Shown here piece after piece: positions 32,016 to 41,958 of a DNA stretch of 64,000 nt; position 1 is the first letter of the stretch, and each line of letters begins with the position of its first letter. Both the position numbers and the translations under genes were made by a program. The notes under the pieces are model-generated. The model worked only from the letters and a program-made list of their open reading frames with translations, had not been told where the DNA came from and did no database searches. The stretch is from a bacterium (GTDB lineage: Bacteria > Margulisbacteria > Marinamargulisbacteria > JAHFDA01): the NCBI GenBank assembly GCA_023249225.1, contig JAHFDA010000006.1:1349-65348 (forward strand). The letters run 5' to 3'.

Positions 32016-33626
32016 TTAAACCGCAGTCGCTAACTCAATCTTCGGAAAAATAGGCTCTCCCTTTTGAACCTGTGTGCCGACCGGAAGCTTACCCCATTCC
32101 CAAGACGTTTTTTTGATGTCCGTTAGACTTCCGGTCAGGCCCAGGGCTTCCCACATGCGTTGGGCTGTTGTGGGCATAAAGGGCGACAGGAGCAAGGCTA
32201 AAAAGCGCAGCGCTTCTAAAACGTTGTACATGACCACCGCCAATTCGTCTGTTTTTCCGTGCTTAAACAAGGTCCAGGGCGCGCGTTCGTCGACGTAACG
32301 GTTGGCGCGGGATACCAGTTTCCAAATTTCATCCAGGGCCAGATGCAATTTAAATTGCTGAACAAGAGGTTCCAGCGCTTCCACGGTGGCTACAGCAAAT
32401 TGTGAAAATGCGCTGTCGACGGGTTGGCAATGACTTTCATCACTGGCGGGCACCTTGCCTTGAAAATACTTTTCCAGCATTGCCAGTGAACGGTGCAACA
32501 GGTTTCCAAGGTCATTGGCCAGGTTACTTTGGTAGCGGTTTTCGAGCGCCTGCCAACTGATCGAGCCGTCCTGTCCAAAGCTGATCTCACGCATTAAAAA
32601 AAAGCGCAGCGCATCGACGCCAAAACGTTCGATAATGGCTTGCGGATCAATTGCATTGCCTTTGGACTTACTCATTTTTTCGCCATCGGCCAAAATAAAA
32701 CCATGTCCATAGATCAGCTTGGGCAGAGGGATGCCTACCGACAGCAACATGGCGGGCCAGATAATGGCATGGAATTTAATAATGTCCTTGCCGACCAGAT
32801 GGACATCTACCGGCCAACGTTCTAAAAAACCCCCGGCGTCAGAAAGGTAGTTGATGGCACTGATGTAATTGAGCAGCGCGTCAAACCATACATATATATA
32901 GTGCGTTTTTTTAGGGGTAAGCCAGTTTCCGTCCTTATCGTGTACCTGGGCTCCCAAGTCGGGGACGGGGATGCCCCACTGGCAACTGGTGCGCGTGATG
33001 GAAAGATCGGACAAGGGTTCACGTAACATGCCCAAAATTTCATTTTTACGGAATTCGGGCAGGATCCATTGCGGATTGTCCTGAATGTACTTGAGCAAAA
33101 GTTCCTGATAACGACTCAAGCGGAAAAAATAAGATTCCTCTTTTAAAAGCGCTACTTCGCGCTTGCAACCAGGACATTTTTTGTTTACAAGCTGGGTTTC
33201 GGAATAGTAGGTTTCGCAGGGCTGACAGTACCAGCCTTCGTACTCGCCCAGGTAAATGTCTCCTTTGTTGTAAACCAGCTTAAAGAACTGGGCCACGACC
33301 GAGGCATGACGTTCTTCGGTGGTGCGAATAAAATCATCGTAAGAAATATTCAGCGTCTGCCACAGGCCTTTAAAACGCTCGACCACCCGGTCGGCAAGCT
33401 GTTTGGGGGTCTCGCCACTGGTCTCGGCTGCCTTTTCGATTTTTTGGCCATGTTCGTCAGTGCCGGTTAAAAAATGCACTTTGTTTCCGCGCAAGCGCTT
33501 GTAACGCGCCACCACATCGGCTGCAATGGTGCAGTAGGCATGGCCAATGTGCGGCACATCATTGACATAGTAAAGCGGCGTGGTGATGTAATAGGTGCTT
33601 TTCTTATACAGTGTCTCAACCGACAT
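32016..33626 (-). CDS. metG: Methionyl-tRNA synthetase (short form)
   Basis: HIGH is present as PHIGHAY, KMSKS is present, and the zinc knuckle is CPGCKRE. Confidence 0.9.
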   Translation of the reverse strand: MSVETLYKKSTYYITTPLYYVNDVPHIGHAYCTIAADVVARYKRLRGNKVHFLTGTDEHGQKIEKAAETSGETPKQLADRVVERFKGLWQTLNISYDDFIRTTEERHASVVAQFFKLVYNKGDIYLGEYEGWYCQPCETYYSETQLVNKKCPGCKREVALLKEESYFFRLSRYQELLLKYIQDNPQWILPEFRKNEILGMLREPLSDLSITRTSCQWGIPVPDLGAQVHDKDGNWLTPKKTHYIYVWFDALLNYISAINYLSDAGGFLERWPVDVHLVGKDIIKFHAIIWPAMLLSVGIPLPKLIYGHGFILADGEKMSKSKGNAIDPQAIIERFGVDALRFFLMREISFGQDGSISWQALENRYQSNLANDLGNLLHRSLAMLEKYFQGKVPASDESHCQPVDSAFSQFAVATVEALEPLVQQFKLHLALDEIWKLVSRANRYVDERAPWTLFKHGKTDELAVVMYNVLEALRFLALLLSPFMPTTAQRMWEALGLTGSLTDIKKTSWEWGKLPVGTQVQKGEPIFPKIELATAV

Positions 33627-33640
33627 GGCACTATCTTAAT

Positions 33641-33668
33641 GCGTGAAGCGTGAAGCGTGAAGCGTGGG
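33641..33668. repeat. Tandem heptamer (GCGTGAA)x3 plus GCGTGGG in the 43-bp spacer between the amidohydrolase stop and the metG start
   Basis: Read directly from the sequence. The same heptamer array recurs at 52728-52755. Confidence 0.8.
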
Positions 33669-33669
33669 T

Positions 33670-34875
33670 TTACTTGATCTTTTGACCGGAAACAAAGCTG
33701 TGCTGCAGCGCGCCGATCGCGTTGTATGAAAACGCCGACTCACACAGTTCCCATACCCCAAAATCGGCATAAAATCCTTTTTCGAGTTTACCTGCCAGGG
33801 CTCCCATGCCAATGGCCTCGGCGGCGGTTTCGGTGGCCATGGTCCAAAAGGCGTTAGGGTTTTCTTCGGGATGGCGCTTGATCAGGTAGTCGATTTCGTC
33901 GCGCAGGCTCAAGCTAAAGTTGCTGGCCAGGCTGTCTGTTCCCAGGCACACCGGAATGCCGGCGGCCTGCATGCGCTTCCAGGGGTGTTGCGGGTGCTTA
34001 AAATACTCGTGTGTGCAGCGCGGACAGTAAACCACTGCAGCGCCATGCTTTTGTAACAAAGCAAAATCGCTTTCGGCCAGATAAGTTCCATGCGCAAATA
34101 AAATGCGCGGAGCATTTTGGCAGCTTTCATAGATATACTGCGCGGGTGTTTTGCGGGGTGCCTGGTAAGCGCTCATGTCGTAACCCAGGGACTGATACAG
34201 TTCCCGCAAGGGTCCCTGGCCAGATGCTAAAAATTCAATTTCTGCTTTGGTTTCTGCCAGGTGAGTGGTTAGCAAGCGCTGCTGCTTTTGGGCCAGGTCT
34301 GCGCACAGGCCATACAGTTCCGGCGCAACCGTATAAGGCGCATGCGGAGAAACACCGGCTTTAAAAAATTCATCTTCTTCGATCATCGCAAGCAGAGTCT
34401 CCAACGCACCCATGCTGCGGACAGATTCATTTGCATCCAGCGTAAACACCTCAAAGCAGGCCAGTTTGCGCAGGGGCGCTTTAAGCAACGGCTCATAAAT
34501 ATGCTGCGAGCTGATATCCACCACAGTCGTGGTTCCGCTTTGAATCAACGCGTCGAGGCCACGTTGCATGCTGTGATGAAAAACAGATTTGTTCCAGCGG
34601 CGGCGCAAATCCACCAGCGTGCGGATCCAGGACGCAAAATCTGGGCCGGGTTCGATTTTGTTTTGCAGCAGCGTCAGCTCAAGATGACAGTGCGCATTGA
34701 TGAGGCCGGGGAGCATGACGGCATTGTCAAAACGGTTTACCTGTTCAAGCGGGTAGGCCGAACGAATTTCATTAAGTGTCCCAACATCGGCAATTTGGCC
34801 ACTTTTAATAAGTAGTGCTCCATCTTTTATCAGGGTCTGGCTATTACAGAGGATGTGGGGTGCAGAGTAAATCAT
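33670..34875 (-). CDS. Metal-dependent amidohydrolase (cytosine/adenosine-deaminase superfamily). Possibly the aminodeoxyfutalosine deaminase of the futalosine pathway.
   Basis: PGLINAHCHLEL is the HxH metal motif. HGTYL and a later aspartate follow the amidohydrolase pattern. The gene lies among mqn genes. Confidence 0.7.
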   Translation of the reverse strand: MIYSAPHILCNSQTLIKDGALLIKSGQIADVGTLNEIRSAYPLEQVNRFDNAVMLPGLINAHCHLELTLLQNKIEPGPDFASWIRTLVDLRRRWNKSVFHHSMQRGLDALIQSGTTTVVDISSQHIYEPLLKAPLRKLACFEVFTLDANESVRSMGALETLLAMIEEDEFFKAGVSPHAPYTVAPELYGLCADLAQKQQRLLTTHLAETKAEIEFLASGQGPLRELYQSLGYDMSAYQAPRKTPAQYIYESCQNAPRILFAHGTYLAESDFALLQKHGAAVVYCPRCTHEYFKHPQHPWKRMQAAGIPVCLGTDSLASNFSLSLRDEIDYLIKRHPEENPNAFWTMATETAAEAIGMGALAGKLEKGFYADFGVWELCESAFSYNAIGALQHSFVSGQKIK

Positions 34876-34903
34876 GGTGAGCTCGATAAATGACCCAGCG
34901 GTC

Positions 34904-35725
34904 TTAGTGCTTGAGCCATTTCTTGTTCTGCGGCTTTTTAAGATAATTTGCCGATGTTGTAACCTTTTTTCTGCTTTTTTTCTCCAGTTCCTTGCGGGCG
35001 TTGCCTGCTACCGTGCCACCGGATTTGGCGGCTTGCTGGTTTTCGGTAAAACCTTGGGCGTCAGTGTTGACGGCAATCTCTTTGGTCGAAGCCTCGCCCA
35101 GCATCGAGAAAATGAGCTCCAAATCGCTCATGTGATCCCGCAGGTTTTGGCGTTTGAGACCCTTGAGTTGCTTGTATTCTGATGGTGTTAAGCCAAAGGT
35201 AGCCTGGGATATTTCCGCAGTCAGAATCTCGTACTCTTTAGGGGCCTTCACTCCGCGTTTTTGCCATTCGTTTGTAAGTTCTTCACGGGTAGCGATGCCA
35301 CGAATGCGTTTTTCTATCCAGTCGTCGTCATAGCCCTTGGCTTTGTACAGGGCCCGGGTACGTTTGGTGCCAAGTTCAGGATCTTCGATTTCTTGGATGC
35401 GTTCGTAACCCACCTTGGCTAGCCAGCGCTTAAAGGGTTCGGCTTTGGGGGAGGGGATAGCCTGAATAATACGGAAAATACCCTCGGTATTGGCGCAGCT
35501 CATTTTTTGCGTCCCGCCACCAGTTTCAATATCAAGGGTATGTACAAACTGTACCCACCCTTTGGCCAGCTCTGGATCACGCTGTTTTATGCGCTGGGTA
35601 TATTGTTTGGGGTCGTTTGAATCGGTTAAAGCCAAAACCACATCTTCAACTACAAACCACCATTCGTTGTTATGAACAGTTTTACGGATTTCTTTGGCGC
35701 GGAAGAGGGCGATGTGGGTGGTCAT
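34904..35725 (-). CDS. Bro-N domain protein, DinD (DNA-damage-inducible protein D)-like
   Basis: The N-terminal ...IRKTVHNNEWWFVVEDVVLAL... is a Bro-N/KilA-N-type motif. The start is taken at MTTHIAL, 8 nt downstream of the Fic stop. Confidence 0.55.
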   Translation of the reverse strand: MTTHIALFRAKEIRKTVHNNEWWFVVEDVVLALTDSNDPKQYTQRIKQRDPELAKGWVQFVHTLDIETGGGTQKMSCANTEGIFRIIQAIPSPKAEPFKRWLAKVGYERIQEIEDPELGTKRTRALYKAKGYDDDWIEKRIRGIATREELTNEWQKRGVKAPKEYEILTAEISQATFGLTPSEYKQLKGLKRQNLRDHMSDLELIFSMLGEASTKEIAVNTDAQGFTENQQAAKSGGTVAGNARKELEKKSRKKVTTSANYLKKPQNKKWLKH

Positions 35726-35732
35726 AAGTAAG

Positions 35733-36797
35733 TTATATTTTGTCCCATCCTTGTCGATTTTTCCGTTCCCACCGTGCCGCCCGCCCTGTTCCCAGGCAGC
35801 GAACCTTTTTCTCCTTGCGCATCCCGTTAAGCACCACACGAATCATGTCGTGGGAGACATGCGGACACGCAGCCTCGACATCCGCCAGCGTAAACTGCAG
35901 GGGCAATTCGCGCACCGACTGCTCGACCAAAACGGTTTTGTTTCCGCGTCGGCGTTGAAGTTTGCCAAGTTGCGTTTCGAACTGCTTGTAGGCTTCCACC
36001 AGCGTGACAATAAAAAATTCGGTCCACGGGCGAATGTCATGTTTCCCAAGATGCCAGTTTTTTGAGGAGCGCTGCAGAACATCGTAATACTGCTCCTTGC
36101 GATCCTCGACGATTTTTTCCAGAGCCACATAGCGGCCCACATCGTAGTCATTTTGATAGAGCAGCAGGGTGGTTAGGAGTCGCGAGAGCCTGCCATTGCC
36201 GTCGCGGAACGGATGGATGCATAAAAAATCAAGCACCAGCGCAGCGACCCGTACCACGTCTGGAATCTGCCCATCCTCGGCCAGATCGTGATACCGGCGA
36301 CAGGTTTCCTTAACGAAAGCGGGCGTTTGCCGGGCTGAAACTGGAACAAACCGGGTTTTCCACGAACCATCTGGAAGCCGCTCCTCAATGGTATTGTCCC
36401 GCCGTTTAAAGTGGCCGACAGGCTCGTCGGTCAGCCGGAACATTTCTTTGTGAAAATCCAGGATGCTTTCGGGGGTCAAACGCAAGCGCAGCGGCTTTTG
36501 GTGAATGCGCGACAAAACGGCCTTGTACCCCAACACCTCCGCCTCGGAACGATTGCCAGGTTTGGCGTTTTTAAACAGAGCCTTGATACGCTGCGGCGTT
36601 ACCACCACGCCTTCGATGCGGTTGGATGACTCGGTGCTTTGGATCATGGCGCTGTATCTTAGTGTTTCAAGGGTTTGCGGGGTTTGTTTCTTAAATAAGT
36701 CCTGCCGACCCTTGTAACGGCCTAATTGCTGGAGCAACCCGGCAAAAGAGATGTCGAAATACTGATCCTTTAAATAATGGGGATCAAGGGAAAACAT
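35733..36797 (-). CDS. Fic/Doc (Fido) family protein
   Basis: HPFRDGNGRLSRLL is the canonical Fic motif HPFx[DE]GNGR. A winged-helix-like tail follows it. Confidence 0.85.
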   Translation of the reverse strand: MFSLDPHYLKDQYFDISFAGLLQQLGRYKGRQDLFKKQTPQTLETLRYSAMIQSTESSNRIEGVVVTPQRIKALFKNAKPGNRSEAEVLGYKAVLSRIHQKPLRLRLTPESILDFHKEMFRLTDEPVGHFKRRDNTIEERLPDGSWKTRFVPVSARQTPAFVKETCRRYHDLAEDGQIPDVVRVAALVLDFLCIHPFRDGNGRLSRLLTTLLLYQNDYDVGRYVALEKIVEDRKEQYYDVLQRSSKNWHLGKHDIRPWTEFFIVTLVEAYKQFETQLGKLQRRRGNKTVLVEQSVRELPLQFTLADVEAACPHVSHDMIRVVLNGMRKEKKVRCLGTGRAARWERKNRQGWDKI

Positions 36798-36850
36798 GCT
36801 AAACCGATATTACCATGTTTAGCTAGACATTACTACGTTTATTACTATGT

Positions 36851-37987
36851 TTACCTTTTTGAGGGACTTGCGTGCTTGTTTGCGGACCTCTTTTCCGTAA
36901 CTGTCGGCTGATAATAAAAATTCCGCCGCTGTGGAATAAAGCCCGCATTCACAGCCAGGTGTTTTAAATCTTCTTCCTGCAGACTGTAGGTGGTGCCTGC
37001 GGCACTGACCACGTTTTCCTCTAGCATGGTCGAGCCCAAGTCATTGGCGCCGTAAAAAAGCGCCAGTTGGCCGATCTTGGGGCCTTGTGTGACCCAGCTT
37101 GATTGGATGTTGGCGATGTTGTCCAGGTACAAGCGGCAGATGGCTTGAACTTTTAAATATTCAAACGAACCCACGCGCGCGTAATGTGTGGTTGCTCCAA
37201 GCTCGGTGTGGTCGGGTTGAAAGGTCCAAGTGATAAAAGCGGTAAAGCCGCCGGTTTCGTCTTGCAGGTCGCGGATGCGGTGCAGGTGTTCCACCCTTTC
37301 CTCTAAGGTTTCGGTGTGCCCAAACATCATGGTGGCGGTGGAACGCATGCCCATTTTGTGCGCGGCACGGTGGACATCGATCCATTGATCGGCGCTGCAT
37401 TTGCCGTGGCCAATCTCGCGCCGGTTTTTAGGCGACAGTATTTCTGCGCCACCGCCGGGCAAGCTGTCCATGCCCGCTTCACGCAGAGTTTTAAGAGTGT
37501 CTGCATAACTTAATTTAGAAAGCCGGGCGAGCACATGAATTTCCGGAGCGCTAAAGGCGTGGATGTGGATGCCATACTTTTGTTTGATGTGGCGCAGCAT
37601 TCCGGTGTAAAACTCCAGCGGCAGCGCCGCGTTCATGCCGCCCTGCAGCAAAATTTGCCGTCCGCCCACAGCCATCAGCTCCTCAATTTTTTGGTCGATC
37701 ACATGCTGCGGCAGCACGTAGGCATCCGTCTCTTCGGGTTTCCGCTTGAAGGCGCAAAAGCTGCAAGTGGCCACGCACACGTTGGTGTAGTTGATGTTGC
37801 GGTCGATGTTGTAGGTGACGGTTGGATGAGGGTGTTTTTGCCAGCGTACCTGGTTGGCGTAATGCCCCAGCGTTGGGAGATCTTTTGATTTGAACAATTC
37901 CAACAGTTCTTGGTCGGATACCCGGCTGCCAGCCAAGGGTTTAGAGCCTATGTCTTGAATGGCTTGGCTTAAAGTATCGACCAGCAC
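36851..37987 (-). CDS. Radical-SAM menaquinone biosynthesis enzyme, MqnC/MqnE (CofH-like) family
   Basis: NINYTNVCVATCSFCAF is the CxxxCxxC cluster typical of MqnC/MqnE. A paralog is at 48385-49473. Confidence 0.8.
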   Translation of the reverse strand: MLVDTLSQAIQDIGSKPLAGSRVSDQELLELFKSKDLPTLGHYANQVRWQKHPHPTVTYNIDRNINYTNVCVATCSFCAFKRKPEETDAYVLPQHVIDQKIEELMAVGGRQILLQGGMNAALPLEFYTGMLRHIKQKYGIHIHAFSAPEIHVLARLSKLSYADTLKTLREAGMDSLPGGGAEILSPKNRREIGHGKCSADQWIDVHRAAHKMGMRSTATMMFGHTETLEERVEHLHRIRDLQDETGGFTAFITWTFQPDHTELGATTHYARVGSFEYLKVQAICRLYLDNIANIQSSWVTQGPKIGQLALFYGANDLGSTMLEENVVSAAGTTYSLQEEDLKHLAVNAGFIPQRRNFYYQPTVTEKRSANKHASPSKR

Positions 37988-38007
37988 GGGGGATATTGTA
38001 ACTTGTC

Positions 38008-39933
38008 CTATTCCGCATCGGCCACCAACACGCTGGCGGGTTGCGAATACATTGCAAAACGTTTTACGTGGTTTTGGTCGGCTGAAACCTCACGGGCCTG
38101 ATTCGTATCAATCGATACCAGCTCAAGGTCAGTACGACCTTTTTTCATCCAATCGGCAAAGGGAATGCATTCGCCGCCGTCTTTGTTTTCAGATTTTCCG
38201 TTGGGCAGTTTCATCTGGGTTGCTATTGAAGTGGAATCAATGGCCCACCAGCCCGTCGTGGTTTCGCCAGTGCGTGAGTTGGTGCCTTCGCCGTAATACA
38301 CCAAGGCAGTGTGGTGGGGATCAAAAGAAGGCCTTTGCATGCGATCAAGAAAAATTCCGCCACGTTGCTCTGCGGGAACCTGGGCCAGCAACACCTCTTC
38401 ACTGCCTCCATTTTCGGTATCAATATAAGCTTCGTTATAGCTCAAGCTAAAATCTTGCACCAGAAAAATAGTTCCCTGGGTGCGTAACAGCGTTTCCATC
38501 TCTTCAGGCGTCGAAGTTTGCGCTGCAAGGTGCAGGGTAGGACGGTCTCCCAATTCTTCAAAGTCTTCAATTTCGGCGGCCCGTGCGCCAAGATCAGAAG
38601 CCATCACACTGGCAAGACTTGAAGTGCTGGCTTTAACTTCAGCATCGGTCATTCCAAGGATGATCTGGGTGCCAGCCCGCACGGCTGCAATGCACGAGTA
38701 GCTGCGAAATCCGTTATCAGCGGTCTGACCCGTGCCCTCATAAGACCAGTGGTAAAACGCCAGATTCTCCCTAAAAAAGTTCAGGTTTTCAGCCTGGATC
38801 GGATCCATGTCGGAGGGCATCAGCTGTGCTCCCAGGGCGCTAGCAGTGCTGGCAGCAGCAGTGCTTAAATGATCAAAGCCTGGATCGGCGGGCAAGCGGC
38901 CACTGTGAAAAGCCTGACGCAACGCAGTGGCGTCCATTCCAAAGGGTTCGGCCACCAGGCTGGCAGTCAGGGAATCCTGACATTTCTTGCGTGTCCCGCC
39001 CTGGCTGTTGACGCCCGTATCAAAGAGTAAGAACAGGTTGGCGTCAAACGAAGCTGACGCGGCCGAAAGCTGGCGTAATCCATCGGTATCCACTTGATTG
39101 ATGCCGGTTTCCAGCGCCTGCGCCAGCCATTGGCCTTCGGGTTTTGTGGCATCTAAAGCACCAAGCGCTTGATATAATTTGGCCATACCTTCGGTTTTAT
39201 TTAAGGTCTGCTGATACCAGGCCGGGTTGACGAGCATTCCCATCAGCGGCTCATAGTCTTTGTTCATCATGCGGTTTCCGGGCTGATGCATCCAGGTGTC
39301 TTGGGTGCCAATATATTTGCCAGCTTCATTGAGCTGAACGAGCAATACGTGATCCAGCGCCGGGCGCAGTGCTTCAGGTGCTTTGGCGTATAAGGCAGGT
39401 AGCATGTCCCACTGTGCAACAAGTGTTTCGAGCGAATCCACGGGTACGCTATGGTCTTGGATCAATCCGGATAAAAATGTTTTTTCATCGGCGCTTAAAG
39501 TATCGCTTTGGATCCAGTGGGTAAATTCGTCCGCATTAAGCAACTCATGAACACTAACGGGCAAAACTTCTACCTGGGCAGGGGGCACGGATAAAAATGT
39601 AGGCAATGCAGCGGGTTCAGCCGGAACTTGCGCAGGCAACGCAACGGTGGGCAATGTGTTTGTATCAAAGTGCGTACCGGTTTTTTGCCACTGCAAAGCA
39701 TCACTGCTTTGGGCGTACACACTTCCTTCAGTATCAATGAAGGCCGCTGCTCCGTTGGCTGAAGTGCCACGATAACCCTGTAGCGGCTGTTCGCCAAAAG
39801 TAATCGAAGCCGGCTTAAATGTTTTAGGATCAAGGGCGTTTTTGGGAGATGCCGCATTTTGAGCGGCGCGCCTGGTATCGCGCAGGGCCTTGGTTTCAGT
39901 ACGCAAAAATACACCGGGTTGGATTTCGGGCAT
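38008..39933 (-). CDS. Hypothetical 641-aa protein with a low-complexity N-terminus (effector-like ORFan)
   Basis: The N-terminus appears to lack a signal peptide and is G/S/T/A/P-rich. No domain is recognised. Confidence 0.45.
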   Translation of the reverse strand: MPEIQPGVFLRTETKALRDTRRAAQNAASPKNALDPKTFKPASITFGEQPLQGYRGTSANGAAAFIDTEGSVYAQSSDALQWQKTGTHFDTNTLPTVALPAQVPAEPAALPTFLSVPPAQVEVLPVSVHELLNADEFTHWIQSDTLSADEKTFLSGLIQDHSVPVDSLETLVAQWDMLPALYAKAPEALRPALDHVLLVQLNEAGKYIGTQDTWMHQPGNRMMNKDYEPLMGMLVNPAWYQQTLNKTEGMAKLYQALGALDATKPEGQWLAQALETGINQVDTDGLRQLSAASASFDANLFLLFDTGVNSQGGTRKKCQDSLTASLVAEPFGMDATALRQAFHSGRLPADPGFDHLSTAAASTASALGAQLMPSDMDPIQAENLNFFRENLAFYHWSYEGTGQTADNGFRSYSCIAAVRAGTQIILGMTDAEVKASTSSLASVMASDLGARAAEIEDFEELGDRPTLHLAAQTSTPEEMETLLRTQGTIFLVQDFSLSYNEAYIDTENGGSEEVLLAQVPAEQRGGIFLDRMQRPSFDPHHTALVYYGEGTNSRTGETTTGWWAIDSTSIATQMKLPNGKSENKDGGECIPFADWMKKGRTDLELVSIDTNQAREVSADQNHVKRFAMYSQPASVLVADAE

Positions 39934-40003
39934 ATACCCTAAAATTCCCGGATTGATGCCCGACTAAACCAAATTTAGCCCGCACTATTCATATTTTTGG
40001 GGA

Positions 40004-40783
40004 TTAAAATTTACTGGGGATATCTGATGCAGTCACCAGACGATCCCAGGTGTGAACCGCATAGGGCGGCAGGTCTTCGAGTGCTGCAAGCTCATCATAA
40101 AAACGGCGCAAGGCCAAGCGGTGCTTTTCGCCAAGTTCGTATTGAATGTGCTTGTTTAAATAGTCCGATGCGACAGCATCGGTGATGCCAATTTCCAAGG
40201 CGGCCTGACGCACAAGCGCAGGCATGTTTTGTTTGCCCTGCGCGTAAGCCCGGTGCAGTTTATCGGGCCATTCTCCGGCAACAACGTGAGGGTGTTTAAC
40301 CCAGAGCGCATATACAAAAGGAAGTCCGGTCCATTCTGTCCACAAGGCGCCAAGGTCGTAGTCATAGTTTGCGGGCGGTGTTAACAAGGCGCGGTTGCCG
40401 ATCACCAAGACAGCATCGGCGGACTGATCTGTTTCGGTCACTGCTAGTCCGTAACGGTTCTGAAAAAGAACCTGGGCCAGGGCATTGCTGGTACGGCTTT
40501 GGTAATCGCGCCGAAAAGTTTTAATCTGTTCAAGCGGTACGCGCGCAATCAGGCGGATGCTGCGCACTGCGCCATACGAGGCAATGCCTAAGGGCACCAG
40601 GGGTTCCAACTGTCCCCCGTAACGCAGCAGTTCCACCGATGGCAGCAAGGCGATATCCAGTTCATGATTTAAAAATTTGCGGCTTAAGGTGGCGGGATCA
40701 TCAAATTCCAGTTCGGGCCGTATGCCCTCGGTCAGGGGAAGAGCGTTAATAAAGGGTACACAACCGACACGCAACATGGCCAT
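40004..40783 (-). CDS. mqnA: Chorismate dehydratase (futalosine pathway), MqnA-like
   Basis: LRVGCVPFINALPLTEG follows the MqnA/MqnD periplasmic-binding-like N-terminal YLNxxPL pattern. It lacks the MqnD SPCPND motif. Confidence 0.7.
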   Translation of the reverse strand: MAMLRVGCVPFINALPLTEGIRPELEFDDPATLSRKFLNHELDIALLPSVELLRYGGQLEPLVPLGIASYGAVRSIRLIARVPLEQIKTFRRDYQSRTSNALAQVLFQNRYGLAVTETDQSADAVLVIGNRALLTPPANYDYDLGALWTEWTGLPFVYALWVKHPHVVAGEWPDKLHRAYAQGKQNMPALVRQAALEIGITDAVASDYLNKHIQYELGEKHRLALRRFYDELAALEDLPPYAVHTWDRLVTASDIPSKF

Positions 40784-40825
40784 GATTGTATCTTACGGCG
40801 TTGATTGGTTTGGCAGTGTGCTGGG

Positions 40826-41803
40826 TTAGGGCAGCGTAAATTCTAAACGCGGAATTTTGACTGGTTTGGAACAATGACACGCTCGCGCCCGGTCTGCGCT
40901 GGCGGACAGATTTTGCATGAACGCAGGATACGAGCGCGCCACCTGTGAAAAATCTTTGACGGCGCCAATATCCATCAGCGCAAATGTAAAACTTTTGTAG
41001 CGGTGATCGTTAATCCAGTCTTCAATCAGGCCGTAGTCGTGCACATTCGTTCCAAAAGATTCCAGCACATGGTAGCCGTTGTCCATTTTTAGTGCGATAA
41101 AAGCATGACCAGGAGATTGCCCCTCGTTATCGTTGTAAACTTGGACAGAAAATAAGACGCCATAATGCTCAAGTAGCCTGGGAAGCTGGTCTAAAGCATC
41201 TGTCTCGGGGACGAACCCGGAAATCACCGGTTCCTGCAACACTCCGGCAGTGCGGAATTCGGTCTTATGTGCCAGATTCTGCGCCACGCCATAAGGTTGG
41301 CCAGATCCCAGATAGGTTGAATAAGGCATAAGGCCAAGTACAAGATGCAAATAGACGTTGTTAAAAAAAATGCAACTCATCGACTGCGCGGGTTGACCGG
41401 CCCGGGCTCCAAGGTTGGCTGTGTTTGGGTAATAGAATTTGCCGTCACTGCGCACATACGCATCAAAACTCCAGGGTACGCCGGCCAGTATGCCAAAAAC
41501 CTGCGTATGGTTATTAAGGATCTGCGTCTGTACTTCTGGCGGAACGGGCGCATGCACAGCCTGTAAAAGTTCTGCGCCGATTGCACTGGCAAAAGCCCGC
41601 CCATCGAGCATCAAGGCATTGGCAATTTCAAATAAAGGTTGGCGCAGTTGCCGGGCAGCAGAATCTGTTTTTATATTTTGGCGCAGATACTCAAGAACAG
41701 TGCCTAACTCTGCCTGTATCAAAGCAGTTGCGTCCAACGGAGCAGCATTTGCCAGCTCAACTGACACAGTTTTTGCAAACGCGTTTCGTCGCGGACTGTC
41801 CAA
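40826..41803 (-). CDS. Hypothetical protein with a candidate papain-like Cys-His domain (C144 ... PGH233 ... D/N)
   Basis: The SMSCIFFNNVY and SPGHAFIALKMDNGYHVLES motifs recur in the C-terminus of the neighbouring 660-aa protein with a near-identical Cys-to-His spacing (89 versus 91 residues). Confidence 0.45.
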   Translation of the reverse strand: MDSPRRNAFAKTVSVELANAAPLDATALIQAELGTVLEYLRQNIKTDSAARQLRQPLFEIANALMLDGRAFASAIGAELLQAVHAPVPPEVQTQILNNHTQVFGILAGVPWSFDAYVRSDGKFYYPNTANLGARAGQPAQSMSCIFFNNVYLHLVLGLMPYSTYLGSGQPYGVAQNLAHKTEFRTAGVLQEPVISGFVPETDALDQLPRLLEHYGVLFSVQVYNDNEGQSPGHAFIALKMDNGYHVLESFGTNVHDYGLIEDWINDHRYKSFTFALMDIGAVKDFSQVARSYPAFMQNLSASADRARACHCSKPVKIPRLEFTLP

Positions 41804-41958
41804 GCGGCAGTTTTAATCATACTTGGAAACGGGGCATCAGAAACTACAGAAGTATTGCTTGAAATTGAACTTACTGGGGGCATGACCGTAAGAACTTATC
41901 GGGGCAGATGTATAAAAATTGCAAAATTTAGTTATTTAATACATTTAGTATTTTAGAA

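Noticed and set aside
33641-33668. Possible CRISPR array (short direct repeats at 33.6 kb and 52.7 kb)
   Set aside because: The units are 7 bp and perfectly tandem with no spacers, and no cas genes are present. This is a microsatellite, not a CRISPR array.
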